From the NCBI GenBank assembly GCA_051047955.1, contig JBPGPT010000004.1, positions 62,001-126,000 of the forward strand: a DNA stretch of 64,000 bases, in the 5' to 3' direction. The notes beneath the pieces are model-generated. The model searched no databases and had not been told where the DNA came from. It saw only the letters and a program-made list of their open reading frames with translations. Shown piece by piece: positions 49,398 through 62,484 of this stretch. The DNA comes from Cystobasidiomycetes sp. EMM_F5 (taxonomy: Eukaryota). The position numbers and the translations under genes were made by a program. Each line of letters opens with the position of its first letter. Within the stretch, counting starts at the first letter, position 1.

Positions 49398-51703
49398 CTA
49401 CAGCACCATCTGATCGCCATTCTGCCAGTCGTCTACATTGGTGCCATTAAGCAGCCTTGCAAGACTTGCACATGAGCCAGACGAGGATGAATTGGACGAA
49501 TGAGTCGCAAATCGCGAAGCATCCATCATGGAGGCCGAAGCGAACCGGTTCGAAGTCAGCATTGGTCGTGGCAGCTGCTCCATGGACGTGTATGGAACTA
49601 AGCTCGTCGTATTGCGCAGAGGGATGCGCGGTCTAGGTTGCCTGATTTGGCTGACCTTGATGTCATCCGCGTCGTCGAGGTCCATCGCGTTGGACGGCCC
49701 TGCGGCAGGTGCGGAAGAGCGAGTAAGGCGCGAGGACAGACGAGGAATTGGCAGCCGTCCAGGAGCGTTGAAGCCCAATGGCGGTTGCAGCTTGTCTGTG
49801 TTCCTCAGGGCCAAGCGAGTATCGGTATTGCTTCTACCCACCAACGGAAATGACGCATGGAGAGACGGAGGAGGGGTCCGTGTATATTCCTCTGGAGATT
49901 CTGGGCTGATGCGGGGAGTATCCGTTGGGGTGAGTGGGTACGGTACTTTTGAACGAGGCGAAGGGTACTTGAGCATATCATGCAAGTCTGGAGGTGGAAG
50001 ATAGTCGCTATGAGCTCGAAGGACGCCATCTCGTGGGATGCTGAGCTTCAGATGTGGTCGTGACATACTGTCTGTTGGCGGTCGAGGAGGCTGCTTTCTA
50101 TCGGTTCTTTCTGGGAATTCTGGACCTCGCTTCGTCCCTTTGCGTTCTGCGAGCTCAGACAAGCGCCGCGTCCCTTCATCCAGCAACGAATCAGCTGAAG
50201 TCCAGGCATCAGGTGAGAGAAGGTACTGACAGCTCCTGAACACCTCAGAGTTGACAAAGAGGTTGTAATCCATGACCTCGAGGAAAGCCTTCTCGTTAGC
50301 ATTGATGACTTGGACAGGGAGGCTGGAGATCTTGGACCAGGCTTGGTTCGAGTATGTTCGGTCTTGCAAAAACTTGGACGCACATACAAGTGCGGAGAGA
50401 AACATTTCCCGACCTCGACCCATAGGGTCTTGCTCTCGAGCGAGCAAGGCCGCCCGCGAAGTAGGCGACATGAGATCTGCGATATTATATCGCTCATACG
50501 AGGGGCTGGGCAGCAGACCTGTAGGGTCCCAGCTCTGGTGGGCTTGCGAACTCCGTTGCATGCGCTGCACCTCCGCCTTTGCTTCATTGACAAGACGAAC
50601 TCGCTCTCTGATAGCATCGCGGGATCTATGTATATAGTAGAGCGCAACTTGCAAGGTGGAGCAGGTTGACCGTGACCTTCGAAGGAGCTCCTTGACGAAC
50701 TGATATAGCTTGATATGATGATTTTGCTGATCCTGCTCAGACGTCCATAGCACTTGAATGGCAGTAACAGCGGCATAGACGAGTCCTTCGACAAGCTTGG
50801 CCTTATCAGCTTCGCTTGTCGGCGCAGAAGTGCGTGGATGTCCTGGAGCATTTCGGCTTGTCGGGGCGGGGTAACTGCTGCGGGCTCGTTCTGGACTACG
50901 GGATGCAGACCTGTCAAGTCCCCGTCCATGTCGTATAGACGGCAGCAACACAGACTGCGATCGACCTCGCTGAAGTTGAGGGGGAGGTTCTGGGTTCCAT
51001 GGACGCATCGAAGGGGGCAGACCAGCACCATCAGCTTCATCTGCAGCCATTGCATCAAAAGACAAGGGTGCAAATGGGTCTTGCACCCTCGGCGGTTCCA
51101 TGTTTGACGACCACCGGCTCGGGACATTGACTGAACCCGAGAGGGCATCAATGTCTGGACCAAGGCTGCCTCTGCGAGCACGTAGATGGCGAGAGTGAGA
51201 GAGACCCAGTTCGTCTGATGCGCCAAGCTTTGACGCGAGGTGACTTGCTAGGAGATGCTGCTGATCCAACTTTGACAATGTGGCGGGAGAGTCTGTCAGA
51301 AGATGGGCAGACGAAGGCGCAGTCGAGACGGATGAATGTGACAACGTAGAAAGTGATTTGTAAGAGCCGTCTGAGCCAGCCGACAAAGGTTTGCGGCTAT
51401 AAAGACTGGTGGGAGACAAATCTTGGTAGTCGAGACCGATACGAGCCAAAGCACTGTGCTCGTCTATATGAATAGCACAAAAAGATGCATTCAGTAAGAA
51501 AGACTGCGTGCAGCAATATGCAAAGCAGTCTTACGGCTACGTCTTGGCAGACCACTGCCGATGCCGACGGCCCCACTGGCTTCGTGTAGTGAAGTCGTAC
51601 GCTGACGTGTGGCGGATCGGGTGCGTGTGTATGGAGCAGCGTTCCAGGAGGTTGGCGATGAGTGCTCCCAACTGCTGTGGTGAGTGGAAGAGATTGGGGG
51701 CAT
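49398..51703 (-). CDS. Pho85-type (PCL/Pas1-like) cyclin, multi-exon
   Basis: FVKELLRRSRSTCSTLQVALYYI...MFLSALVCASKFLQDRTYSNQAWSKISSLPVQVINANEKAFLEVMDYNLFV; first exon from ATG 51703 joined by a phase-1 gtaaga..atag intron. Confidence 0.88.
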
Positions 51704-54347
51704 AGTTGAAGGAAGAAAGAATATGGAGTCGTTGATGGGGTTGGCCGATGGGTCGGTGCTGACGAGGGCGTAACAATGGTCACAATACGTGCTGGGCGGT
51801 GGGTCTGTGCAACTTACCGGTTCAACGGGAAGTGGAGGTCGACCGAGAACCGATACTCACGCAATCACAGTTTCTTGACGACGTCTGCGGACGCCAACGA
51901 TGCTAAACTGGCAGCCGGAACAGCGTCAAACACATCATCAGACCATGCGAGCGACTGCGACAATAAATCGCGCATAGTAGAATCCGCGTACCGTTTTGTG
52001 CGCGTAATCAGTATCTCCAGCTGAGCCTGCTCTGGACAAAGGTAGCTTAGCCCGAGACAGGCGAGAGCCAGTCTTCGTGTGGCAACAACGTCCGACAGAT
52101 GTTGGCTGCCGGGAGATATTTCCGCCGAGGGTCGAAGGTTGTACAGTGAGTGTGTACCTACACGATCGCGTGCAGCAGGTCTTGTGGGATATCGGGTGAG
52201 TTGCGCTGGAGTTTAGGATTCAGCTGCAGCCAACGGTGCCGCCTCGGTTCGAATGACGGTGAGTGTCTGACGCACAAGTTGAAGCAGGAAGATTTGCAAG
52301 CCGGCGTTGAGGATGTGATGACTATGACACACCACAACCCAGCTTGCTTTCGTATGGCGAAATATATAAAGGGTTGGATGGCGTAGTAGGGCGATCCAGA
52401 TAGCCGTCTCAGCTGATACGTTTGACAAAGATCTTGCAAAAAGTATGGCTCCCAGACTGATTGATAGTTGTGATCTGACTGAAGCAGTATCCTCTGTTGC
52501 AGCTTCTTCGTGCTAGGCGCTGAGCGTCCTCGATCCGGGCTATCTGAAAAGGTGTAGAAATACGCGCGACAGGTTGGAGATGATTAGGATGAAGTGAACA
52601 GGTGTAAATAACGTATTACAATGCAGCCTTTGCGATGGCTGGATTGTGCGTGGCAGGCTGATAGATGGTTGACAGAGGCTTTCCAATATCTTTGCAGTGG
52701 CGAGAGAATGCGTACGACAGGTCCAAAAGGCTTGACCTAGCGTGGTAGACTTGCAGAGTTCGGCAACCTTCAGAGGGCATTCGCAGCAATCTTCTCGATG
52801 ATGCAGTGTGTAGATGGATCCATTTTGGCTGTTGTAGTGATGATATGAATTTCCCTCGACCAGGTTGCTGAGTTGTCCAACAAGTATCGCTGCGCCCACC
52901 AACAAAGAGGATACGGGATTATTTAGCGCCGTACAATGGTAGCGTCAGGTGATGTGTGTTTGTAGCTTACTGCTTTGGCCTTGATGTGGGCTTGGACGGG
53001 CAGCTGCCGTCGAATGTGATGGCAGTTCGGTGCTGGTGCGTTGTGGCGCAGACGGCTGAGACCCAAAGGCGAGGACGTTTACGGGCAGCACGGCGAGCTG
53101 TCGAGTATTAATATATTGCCCAATTGACAAGAAATGGAGGGAGAGAGTCCCACAGCGTCAGCGGCTACACTTCGCTTAATCCAATGCAACGACATACGAA
53201 TCAGACCAGAGGCTCGAGCTTTGGTTAATAGGAATTTGCCAGACAATGACGACGTCAAGGGAAGATCTCTTGATAATATCGTAGGATGGGTGTATTGCCG
53301 TATATCCTGTTCGTTGTATTGCAGGGTTTTCTTGCACCTCTTTGCAGGCCAAGTTTGCGGATTTGAGCTTGATTCGACTAGTCTTGTAGAGTAAGGAAAC
53401 CGCAAGAAGAGTATAGAGCTTCTTCAACCTTCACGGAAAGAGAACCCCGTTTGATGTCTGCGCTTCTTGACTCGAGTTCCCCTCAATTGCTTGCTTGCGA
53501 ATGCTCAAGCTCCTCTGCTACCAACCGGTGTTGGACGGTCTTTCGAATAACGGCACAGAGCAGCTTTTCCTCTTTGTATTTCTCTGCTTTCAGTTCATAA
53601 TCCAAGATTGCATCTTTCCTTTGACGCAAGCTTTCGTCGAGGTGCGCCCGCGTATGACTTGGACAAGTGTAGCTCGCGAATGTGGCGTAATTTTGCAAGC
53701 GAGAGTGGCAAAAGAATAACGCAGCAGACATACAAACGGAAGAGCATGAGCTTTCTGCTAAATAAAGTTGACTACCTATCAGGCTGTGGTCTCGCCGTTC
53801 GGTGGCACGCTGTGAAAGAAAAGTCCTTTGCGAGTCATCAGTCGCTTTGCGGAGACTATGTCGATAGATCATCGAATATTGACCTCTGAGGGCTCTTGGT
53901 CTCTCACTGCACCGCCTCAAGTAACACGCGCTCGTGCAACCTGCGACATGCGTCCAACTGATGCGGTCACTTTTCGACGCTGGAAATCGTGGCGCAAAAA
54001 TCCGAGACACACGACCTTCCAGGTCATGGGCGACGGTCACCTAAACGGAAGGAGCTTTGAGAGGCGGCGGATTGACGAAGGAGTGGGCTGAGAACATCCG
54101 AGATGTGTCTTTCGTGTGCATGATGTGTTGGTGGGACGGTCTGTGCGTCAATCGTGTAGGAATGAGAATATCCGAGAGTGCGCTGACACTACGGAACATG
54201 CACACGTCATTCTGAACGTCAGAACGATATGGACAGTCCGAGAATGCTGCAGGAAAAGCTAGTGTTGAGTAAAGCAGCTATACGGTCTACTAAGAGTCAG
54301 CATATCATGATTGTACTAGAAGTATCCCTGAGAGTGCTTGGAAATGC

Positions 54348-54405
54348 TCAAGAACAGATGGTAGCACTCAGTTTGATCAAGAACAGATGGTTGCACTCAG
54401 TATCG
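54348..54405. repeat. Imperfect 2-copy tandem repeat, 29-bp period
   Basis: tcaagaacagatggtagcactcagt at 54348 vs tcaagaacagatggttgcactcagt at 54377. Confidence 0.8.
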
Positions 54406-54492
54406 CCTGTATTGCGAATATTGTCGACCCGCAGTCAGTAAGGTGTGGCTTATGGGCTCCTTTTGGCATCAAGCGGTCAATCTATACACCCT

Positions 54493-56152
54493 TCAACTCC
54501 ACACGCCTGGCTGTGTCATCTTCTCAACTACTCGAGGCTCACTTTGCATAGCTACCTGATCGGCCTTCCTTTCCGCATCCGCGATTTGAGCGGACGAAGT
54601 CATCGCTTCTTCCGACTCGAATGCCGAGTTGTCCAAGTCTTCGTCCATATTATTATGCTGCATCCTCAGGTGTTCGCTCGAGCTACGCATACCCTGCATT
54701 CCCCATCTCCCTAGAAGCGCGTTGTCCTCGTCCCATCCGCTCGTTGGAGTCGTGAGCATACGTTCGCCAGTAAAGATGGCGTTGGCTCCAGCCATAAAGC
54801 ACATTGCCTGCTCCGACTCTGAATAGCTTATACGACCCGCTGCGAGTCGAATGATGCTTGTTGGCAGAACAATTCGAGCAGTCGCAATCGTCCGAAGCAT
54901 AGTGTGAATTGTAGTGAATTCGTTCTTAGACAGTGGAGTACCCTCGATGGGTACCAGCGCATTCACAGGAAACGACTCGGGAGGAGAAGGCAATTGCGAC
55001 ATTTCCCATATCAACCCTACCCGGTCTTCGGCGGACTCGCCGAGACCGATGATACCGCCGCTGCAGACGGAGATTCCCGCATCTCGGACATTCTTGATAG
55101 TCTCTAGCCGTTCATCGTACGATCGTGTTGTGATGACTTTGGGATAGTACTGTTTAAAGACCACGAAAATCAGCTTCATACGTCGCCGTTATTGGGGGAC
55201 CGGCGAACCTCTCTCGATGTGTCCAGATTATGATTATATGCCGTCAGGCCCGCTTCTTTCAGCTGCACCGCCTGCTCAGCATTGAGCATCCCAAGGGTGG
55301 TGCACACTTCCAGGCCCATTCCGCTGTGGAGATAGTCAGAAGCTGTTAGTATACGTGATACGCGCGACAGGATAGCTAATGAAAACACACTTGATCTCCT
55401 TTACCATTTCCAAGATGCGCTTAAAGTTTGTTTTCCGCCCGTTCAAGTCTCTCCACGCTGCACCCATGCAGAACCGGGTTGAGCCATTCTCTTTCGCTCG
55501 TCGTGCTTCCCTGCGACACATTGCCAGTCAGATATGTGTAGGACAGCGACTCTACGGACAGCGACTCTACCGAGACATACTTGAGAACTGGCTCAATGTC
55601 CATGAGCTTTGTAGCTTTCAGCCCTGTCGGATTCTTCGAGGATTGTGAGCAGTACGAGCAGTCTTCTGAGCATCCTCCGGTTCTGCAAAGTACCGATGCG
55701 TGTCAGTGTCATAGTGGTAGGAAAGAATACTTCACTACTCACTTGATATTCAAGAGGGTACACAGTTGCACTTTGGACGGGTCATGATGCTGCCTGTGCA
55801 CCTGAGCAGCCTTGAAGACGAGCTCCATCAATGGTCCATCGTAAATCTTTTGAATCTCGCTACGTCTCCAAATCTTGCGCTTCAGTCCGCGTATACCGAG
55901 ACCATTCGCAATACTCGGATTCGACGGGGACGGCTCCTCAACCGTTGTAGCTAGTGACGAGCGGGATGAAGAATGTAATGCAGCGGAGGCTGAGGATTGT
56001 CGAGGAGCTGCGTTCAAAGTAGCCGAGTTTGCTGCAGCTATTGACAGTAGTCTGCCCGTATGCCGGGCATGTCGCGCTATCACCCGTCCGGATTGTCCGA
56101 CCAAAGTGCGACGAGCTGGCAAGGCAGCTGCAGCCAACGTCGAGCTGGCCAT
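54493..56152 (-). CDS. BIO2: Biotin synthase (radical SAM), mitochondrial, multi-exon
   Basis: [24 protein letters not shown] (CxxxCxxC), [75 protein letters not shown]-terminal presequence. Confidence 0.97.
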
Positions 56153-57165
56153 AGTCTGCGCAGCTGTGGACGGGGTAGTTGGGCAGCCTGGTGTTAGATC
56201 CTGCTATACTCTGCAGAATATTGAATGGACAAGTCTCAAAAACATCCCAAGAAAGCGGACGCGGAGCACAATGCGAAACTCTGGATTTCAAATTATCTGG
56301 ACGACATGAGCGCATTTCTAAGGTATTGCCATCTAACTCTGCTCGGTCTGATAGCCTCATGCTCGACTGTCAGAAAGAAGCGGGCCCCACTTGACGGGAC
56401 CAACTTTGAAGTTTGCCGTTATTGCGACTATCGCTCTTGAAGCCTGCTCCAAAGCAATAAAATGTCGCGCAAGCCACGTCTATTCCTGCACGTCGTCTGC
56501 GGATACCGAGCGAGATAACGTGGCTTTTTGAGGGTTTTGCGTCAAAAGACTCTTTTTCGTTGCGCATCTTCCTAGAGGATCCCGAGACCCAGGCATGTCG
56601 GGCGCAGAGGCTGATGCGGATACTCCAAATCCAAGTCGATGTCCGTCGAGGGTCGAGCCAGCTGATCTTATCACTTCGCAATTACGGGTAATTTAGACGG
56701 GATGCGATATAGTTAAATTGGTGCATTTGGGGCCGGTCGGGATTCGGATTGTGGGTAAGAACGATAAATGGACTTGAATGCATTCACGCTTTAGAGCTGA
56801 CGCGGGTTTATATCTCCTCGACAGACGTCTATCCCAACTGCCAGCTGCTGACCGTTTGCCGTTTGCCGTTCGTCCAGTTTACACCAGAGCGGTGTCACGC
56901 GTATAACCGACGGAAGAACCACTCAAACCAGGCAGCCAAATCGAAACATCCAAGCTCACTTTCATCCACCAATCCTTCCATACACTGACTATCCTCACCT
57001 TGCACTGTATCCGCATCGTCGGCAACGCTCCAATACCTTGCACCGCGAACCCTCCTACCCCTTTTTTGGTGGGGGCCCAGGTAAGCGCTCGAACGTACTA
57101 CCCACTCAAAGCCAACGCAACTGACTGAGTACACATCCACGCTCATTCAATACTGATACTCAATC

Positions 57166-60100
57166 ATGCCGTGCACAGTCATGCACTCGTCTCCCACTCG
57201 AGCTGAAAAGCTGCAGCCAGATCAGCAGCAGCAGCAGCAGCAGACCACGCAATCGTCCGACAATGCAGATCCATCAAGCTCGCCGGTTCTGTCTGCAACG
57301 CAACATCATGCGCTCGCTGTTGCTGTTGCTCAACATCACAGAGGATCTCGCTCCTCGAGCTGCAGCAGTGCCGTATCAACAATCTCCACGTCATCTACTA
57401 TATCCAACGATGCAGCATCTTCCACTTCCAAGAAGCGCAAAGCTCGGGCTTGTACCTCTATCAATGACGATTATGCAGTCGGTATACGTTTGTCAACAAC
57501 TACTGCCGCACTGCCACCGTTGAGCAGGTCAACGGTCCCCGGTCTCGAGCCATGCGTTTCGTCATATGCTCCGTCAACCTCGATACGGCACAATCATTTC
57601 ATTCAAGTTCCAAGCAGTAAGATCTCGGACACGAACAGTGTATCTCACGATATCCTCCTTCCTCCTTTCAAACGGACTCGTGTACAGGATGCGGCACACA
57701 ATGAACACTTCATAAAGGTCATTGAAGACCCGGACGCCCAGATGGCCACCGTTCCGGATACAAACGAAACGCACCCTCCTATATCTCCTGCACAACCAGC
57801 ATATTCAGCAGACTCGACGGCGTTTGGACGGAATCTGCCACTATTGCTTCGAGAGGAGATCGATGCCAGTAGGGCGCCTAGAACATCTCTACAGACACTC
57901 AGCGACAACGCGTCGCGGCAAAGCTGTAGTGACACGCTCGACCGACGTCACGTCGTACACGCCTTCGCAGATGACTCGACCATCAGAGAGGACTATCCTA
58001 GGAAGCGAGCATCGTCGTTACCTCTACAGGATGAAATCTATATCTTTGGTCGATCAAGGCGACCCAAACGGGATTTACGAAGGCAGATGGGGTCCATGGC
58101 ACACCGCACCAGTGAGACCCAGCCTATGTCAAATGGTATGCAACGACAATCTGGTGCCGCTATTCCCGTATCTCGCAAACAGATCAGCCAAGGTGATAAA
58201 GCTGGACTCGAGCGTGAGGAAGCGATTCAAATCGACATCCACGATTGTCCTCGTCGCGCGTCAGCTAATCCTAGTGGCATTCAAGCTGGCGCCCGTGGGA
58301 GTGCAGCAGTGCCTTCAACCAGTGCAGAGATCGCCGGGTATGCGCAATCCCAGAGAGTCTGCCACGCCAGTACATCGAAAGCGGCCGGTATGGGCTGTGG
58401 CAATGCCGCTCTCGAGCAGCCTCTGTCCCATACACAACTTGTCGCCCTTCATCAACTCAATCTACCTAGGCCTCCACTCCTTTTAACTTCATCCGCATCC
58501 AGTAGCGCTTCATCCGCTGCCTGCAATCAACCTCACTCGCGATCGCTATCACGGCATAGTATTCACGCGCGTAAAGCGTCAAATCTGCCGGGAGCGAACC
58601 AAGCATTGCGAGCGGTTGCTGCGACGTCAAATGCGCGCTCGCATGCTGTCACTATATCGAGTACTACGTTGAGCGTTCCTTCTCTCAATCCACCCATCAC
58701 GAAAGAGACGATGAAGGAGCTTGATCTGAGCGAGGTTTTGCAATGTCGTCAGTTAAGGCACGATGTGGTCTTTGATGTCAACCTAGCATTCCGCCCCAAC
58801 CTCGATGGAGACCGGTACGAATTTCCACCGCCTACTTGCTACTATCCAGCTGACTTTAAGAATAGTGGAGATCGAAAGCGAGAAGCCGCAGACCGATATT
58901 GGGAGGCTCTAGCCCGTGAACTGGACACCGGATGTAGGTGTACGACCTATCCGCACCCGCCGTCTGCTGCCGCTCTTCATCTCGGTAAGAAATCGCTATC
59001 ACTACCGTGCATATGCCGTCCCGCGATATCACCTGCGTCCATTGCTATGACAGTACCGGCCGGCCTGGCTACGCGTTTGCCGTCGCGAGTACATGCGCTT
59101 GTCGTTGCGCTGCGTGATATTTTACTGTCCATCGTGCCATCGAACGACGATACGGCAACTTCGACAACACCTGGCAAGGGCACACATGAACTTTTGAAGG
59201 ACACGCTCGATGCGGATCTCATCGCGCAAGAAGTGGCTCATGGTGTATACGACATCAGCGCGCTTGCACTATACTTGGGTCACCTTTTGAAGACACATTG
59301 CGCGCCTATGCGGGACGAAATGATCGATAACATGGTGCAAGCCATTCAGTGCGGCCAGCAGAAGAACGACTCTATTGCTGTTGCGACTGGCCTCCGGAAA
59401 TGCTTCAGTGTCCTGGAACTCATGAAACTTGACATTGCAAACCATCAGCTTCGAACGCTCAGGCCCTGGCTTTTGGAAACTGCTGCAGAATTTCAGTTGA
59501 ATAGCTTCTGCGAGTCTGCTATGGCTAAGGACTTCTCGGAAACGACGAAGCGAACGTCTGACTGGATTCGGAAAGCGATACAGAGTGCTACGACGCAAGA
59601 AGAAACAGCAAGCTACGCCTCAGACAACCTGCTTGATATTGTGTCCTGTGGAATTATGGACCTATTGTTCAGTGCGGAGGCATATGACCCGGCCGCAAGG
59701 CTCGAAGAGAAGACTGCGTCGTCAGGGCTTCATGCGTCGAGGACAGCTGAACAAGTAGCCAATGCACAACGTCGAAGTCGAGATAGGCGAGCACGTGTGC
59801 CACCGCTGCTATCGGCATCACAGATACCGGAGACGTTATCCCTCGATTCCGCTCGCCTACAAGCGCTACATGCAGACATCGTGGAAGCATGTGTCATCCA
59901 CCTCCTAGTCCTACTTTATCGACAGTTACGAGCATCCGCCCATCGTGGTCCTGCAAGTGTGGTCGAGATCGACAAGCTTCACGCCGAGATCCGTGTCATA
60001 GTGACAGACCTCAACATCAACGCGGCTTCGTTACCGACTGACATCCGCAAGCTTCGCCATAGCACGTGGCAGGAGAGCATGAAGCCTGCTCTTCTCCACC

Positions 60101-60519
60101 TAGCGAATCGAGCAGCTCCGCCGGATTCGCCCACAGTACCAGACCAAGCAACGCTCGACCTGCTCTACTCGTGGTGGAACAAAAATGTAGATCCAGACGG
60201 GAGTTTGGTGAGGTAGTCAGTAGATAGAAGCAGTCATGAGTGCTAATCACCTTTTCGATAGTTCCAGCTAGTAAAGATGCGCATTCGTGCCACAGTAGCC
60301 GGGCTGGTTCGTGGATATCTGGAATCTATACGGAAAATCAAGTGCTCTAGCGTCTCAAATTCCGGGCCACTCCACGCTGTGGAGCGCACGGAGCGCGCTG
60401 CAGCGCTGCCTGATCTACATGGCCACATCCGACCGATTGCGGAACGCATCGCAAACATCGTCGAATTTAACGAGCGCGCTTACCGCACCCTGTATCTGAC
60501 TTTGCTCAATTCTAATTAG
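57166..60519 (+). CDS. SOK1: T-complex 11 (Tcp11) family protein, Sok1-like; start 57166 or 57181 (possible 5' intron 57081-57178)
   Basis: PPITKETMKELDLSEVLQCRQLRHDVVFDVNLAFRPNLDG..RKREAADRYW, LDADLIAQEV, LLKTHCAPMRD, FSVLELMKLDIANHQLRTLRP, IPETLSLDSARL, FNERAYRTLY. Confidence 0.9.
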
Positions 60520-61061
60520 CTGTGAGCCGACGAACATGCGTTGCGAAGAAGAGCATGACTGCATTGTAGCTATACGACAAATACTTGCGATATTAGCAGA
60601 CTACACGCGTTCACCCACGTGCACATTCGAGATTGTTTGTCAGGGAAGTGGCCTCTTGTCTGTGCGTCTGTGCGTCAACCTTGCATCTCCATGCTCCGCA
60701 TAAATCTGACCGGAAGTCTATCATCACGCACGCCGGGTTTGCAGTTTTGGTGGATACGGAAGGCTATGCATGCTGTGTTTTGTGCCATACCATATGCATA
60801 TATGATATATGCTGCAGCGCTACGATATGAACAATCTCCGTTCCTATCTGTCCACTCAGTATGCGCGGAAGAAGATCAAATTCGCTGACGGGTGCACGTA
60901 CACGGCCATCACAAAACTCTACAGCGGCCTCAGTAGACTGTCAACGGTCAGCATCTCTGACCAGACTTGACCCGAACAAAGGAAGAAAGTGCATGATGCA
61001 AGATGTGTAATGTGATAGGATTGTTGATTCGCCGACGTCGCATTTCAGGCCACTCCATTTC

Positions 61062-61403
61062 GTGCGCTTCAAATTGCCCAGCCAGGCGGCCGAAGAAGCA
61101 TCTGCAGACAGTCAACAAGCTGGTCAGCAACAGAGGACGCGCACAACATCTAGTCAGAGGCTTGACATTGCGTCGACGTCGTACGGAACAATGACTGACG
61201 GTCCAAATGCACGCATTACGGAGTCTCAGCATCGCTGGAGGCGAACTACTGCAGCGGTCGCCGCCTGCTTAGATGGGTGCTGCGTTGATGATTCGGCTTC
61301 TTCGGAGGAGGAAGAGCTATTACGTGGCAGACCTTTCATAGAACATGCGCAGATACGTCGCCGGCCTGTCATGCTTTACAGAGCCGGCGGCAGACACACC
61401 TAA
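61062..61403 (+). CDS. Hypothetical small protein, family C member 1 (5' end uncertain)
   Basis: ORF ends WRRTTAAVAACLDGCCVDDSASSEEEELLRGRPF...VMLY...*; shares this module with the next gene. Confidence 0.5.
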   Translation: MRFKLPSQAAEEASADSQQAGQQQRTRTTSSQRLDIASTSYGTMTDGPNARITESQHRWRRTTAAVAACLDGCCVDDSASSEEEELLRGRPFIEHAQIRRRPVMLYRAGGRHT

Positions 61404-61693
61404 AGCGCGCCAGGAGATTATAAGCATTCACGTATGTGCAAATTCGAAAGTTTGCCGCTAGAAGAGTGATTTGTGTGATGTAGTGCTGAAGGAGCGTTTA
61501 TGATTCCATCTATTCATCTCGATGCTTTGCATATATTCTACCGGAAGTCATGCCGTCGTGCGGGCCTTTTTTGCGGGGTTTTAGGCAGATCGAGAAGGCT
61601 ATGCCATGCTGTGTTTCAGCTGTACCGTTCGCATATGCCACAGCGCTACTAGCTGCTGAGCGATCTACTGATCTGCCGATCCACTCATCTACA

Positions 61694-62268
61694 ATGAGCA
61701 CGAATCAAAGCAAGCCGGTCCAGCCAGATGTGACCGGGCAGGGCTCGCGCCCTCGGGTTTATGCGCATACGAACACATTACCTATTCCGCACAATCCACA
61801 CAGGTCAGCCATCTGTAAGACTATCATGTAAACGAAGAATCGACTGCTGACACACATGGTACTTTGCGCTCTGAAAGTCCTGCAGGACAGTCAGTCAAAA
61901 CCCCAAGGACTTCAAGCTCAAGCCCAAGCAGGAAAGGTACGCCGTCCTTGTCCGCTGACATAAGGGCGTCTGAGATACGTGTCGCTTCTGTGACTCGCAG
62001 GCGCAGTCTTTCGCCGCAAGATCGTTCGCCAAGCCCTGTTCGGATTCAAGCATTGAGTATGTTAGGGCGGGCAGGACGCCGCATTAGCGGATGCGCAACT
62101 GCTTGCATGGACTGCATTATAGTCGAAGATTCAGCGGATCAAGAAGGTCAGGATCGGGAACCGCTCCTTGCCAGACGAAACCGCATTTTAGTCACTCGCG
62201 GATATGTCGCACAGCAAAGGGGAATGGCATACGAGCAATCCAGAGCAGAGAGAAGAGAAGCTTCATAG
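61694..62268 (+). CDS. Hypothetical small protein, family C member 2 (166 aa, 2 exons)
   Basis: Exons 61694-61803 and 61878-62268 (intron gtcagc..gctgac..aaag), 501 nt in frame; GRRISGCATACMDCIIVEDSADQEGQDREPLLARR...GMAY. Confidence 0.6.
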
Positions 62269-62484
62269 CATGTTGTAGACACGGCATGTTCGTCAGAATG
62301 TCTTTCGTTCGTCGTTGTGCTCTAGCGGTGCCTTCCGTCTGCATAAGCCAACGTCAGCCACCAGGCGGTAAAGGCGATGCCTTGCATACCACCCACAATC
62401 CCCCAAAGCACGTCCTTTTGGATGCTACACGCTTGGCTCCTACTACCTCGACCAATTTCTTCAGTTCAACCCGACAACCTCACC

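Noticed and set aside
50048..51226. 392-aa alternative-frame ORF overlapping the cyclin on the same strand
   Set aside because: No recognisable motif and fully nested in the cyclin CDS; most simply a shadow frame (Ribo-seq would be needed to revive it).
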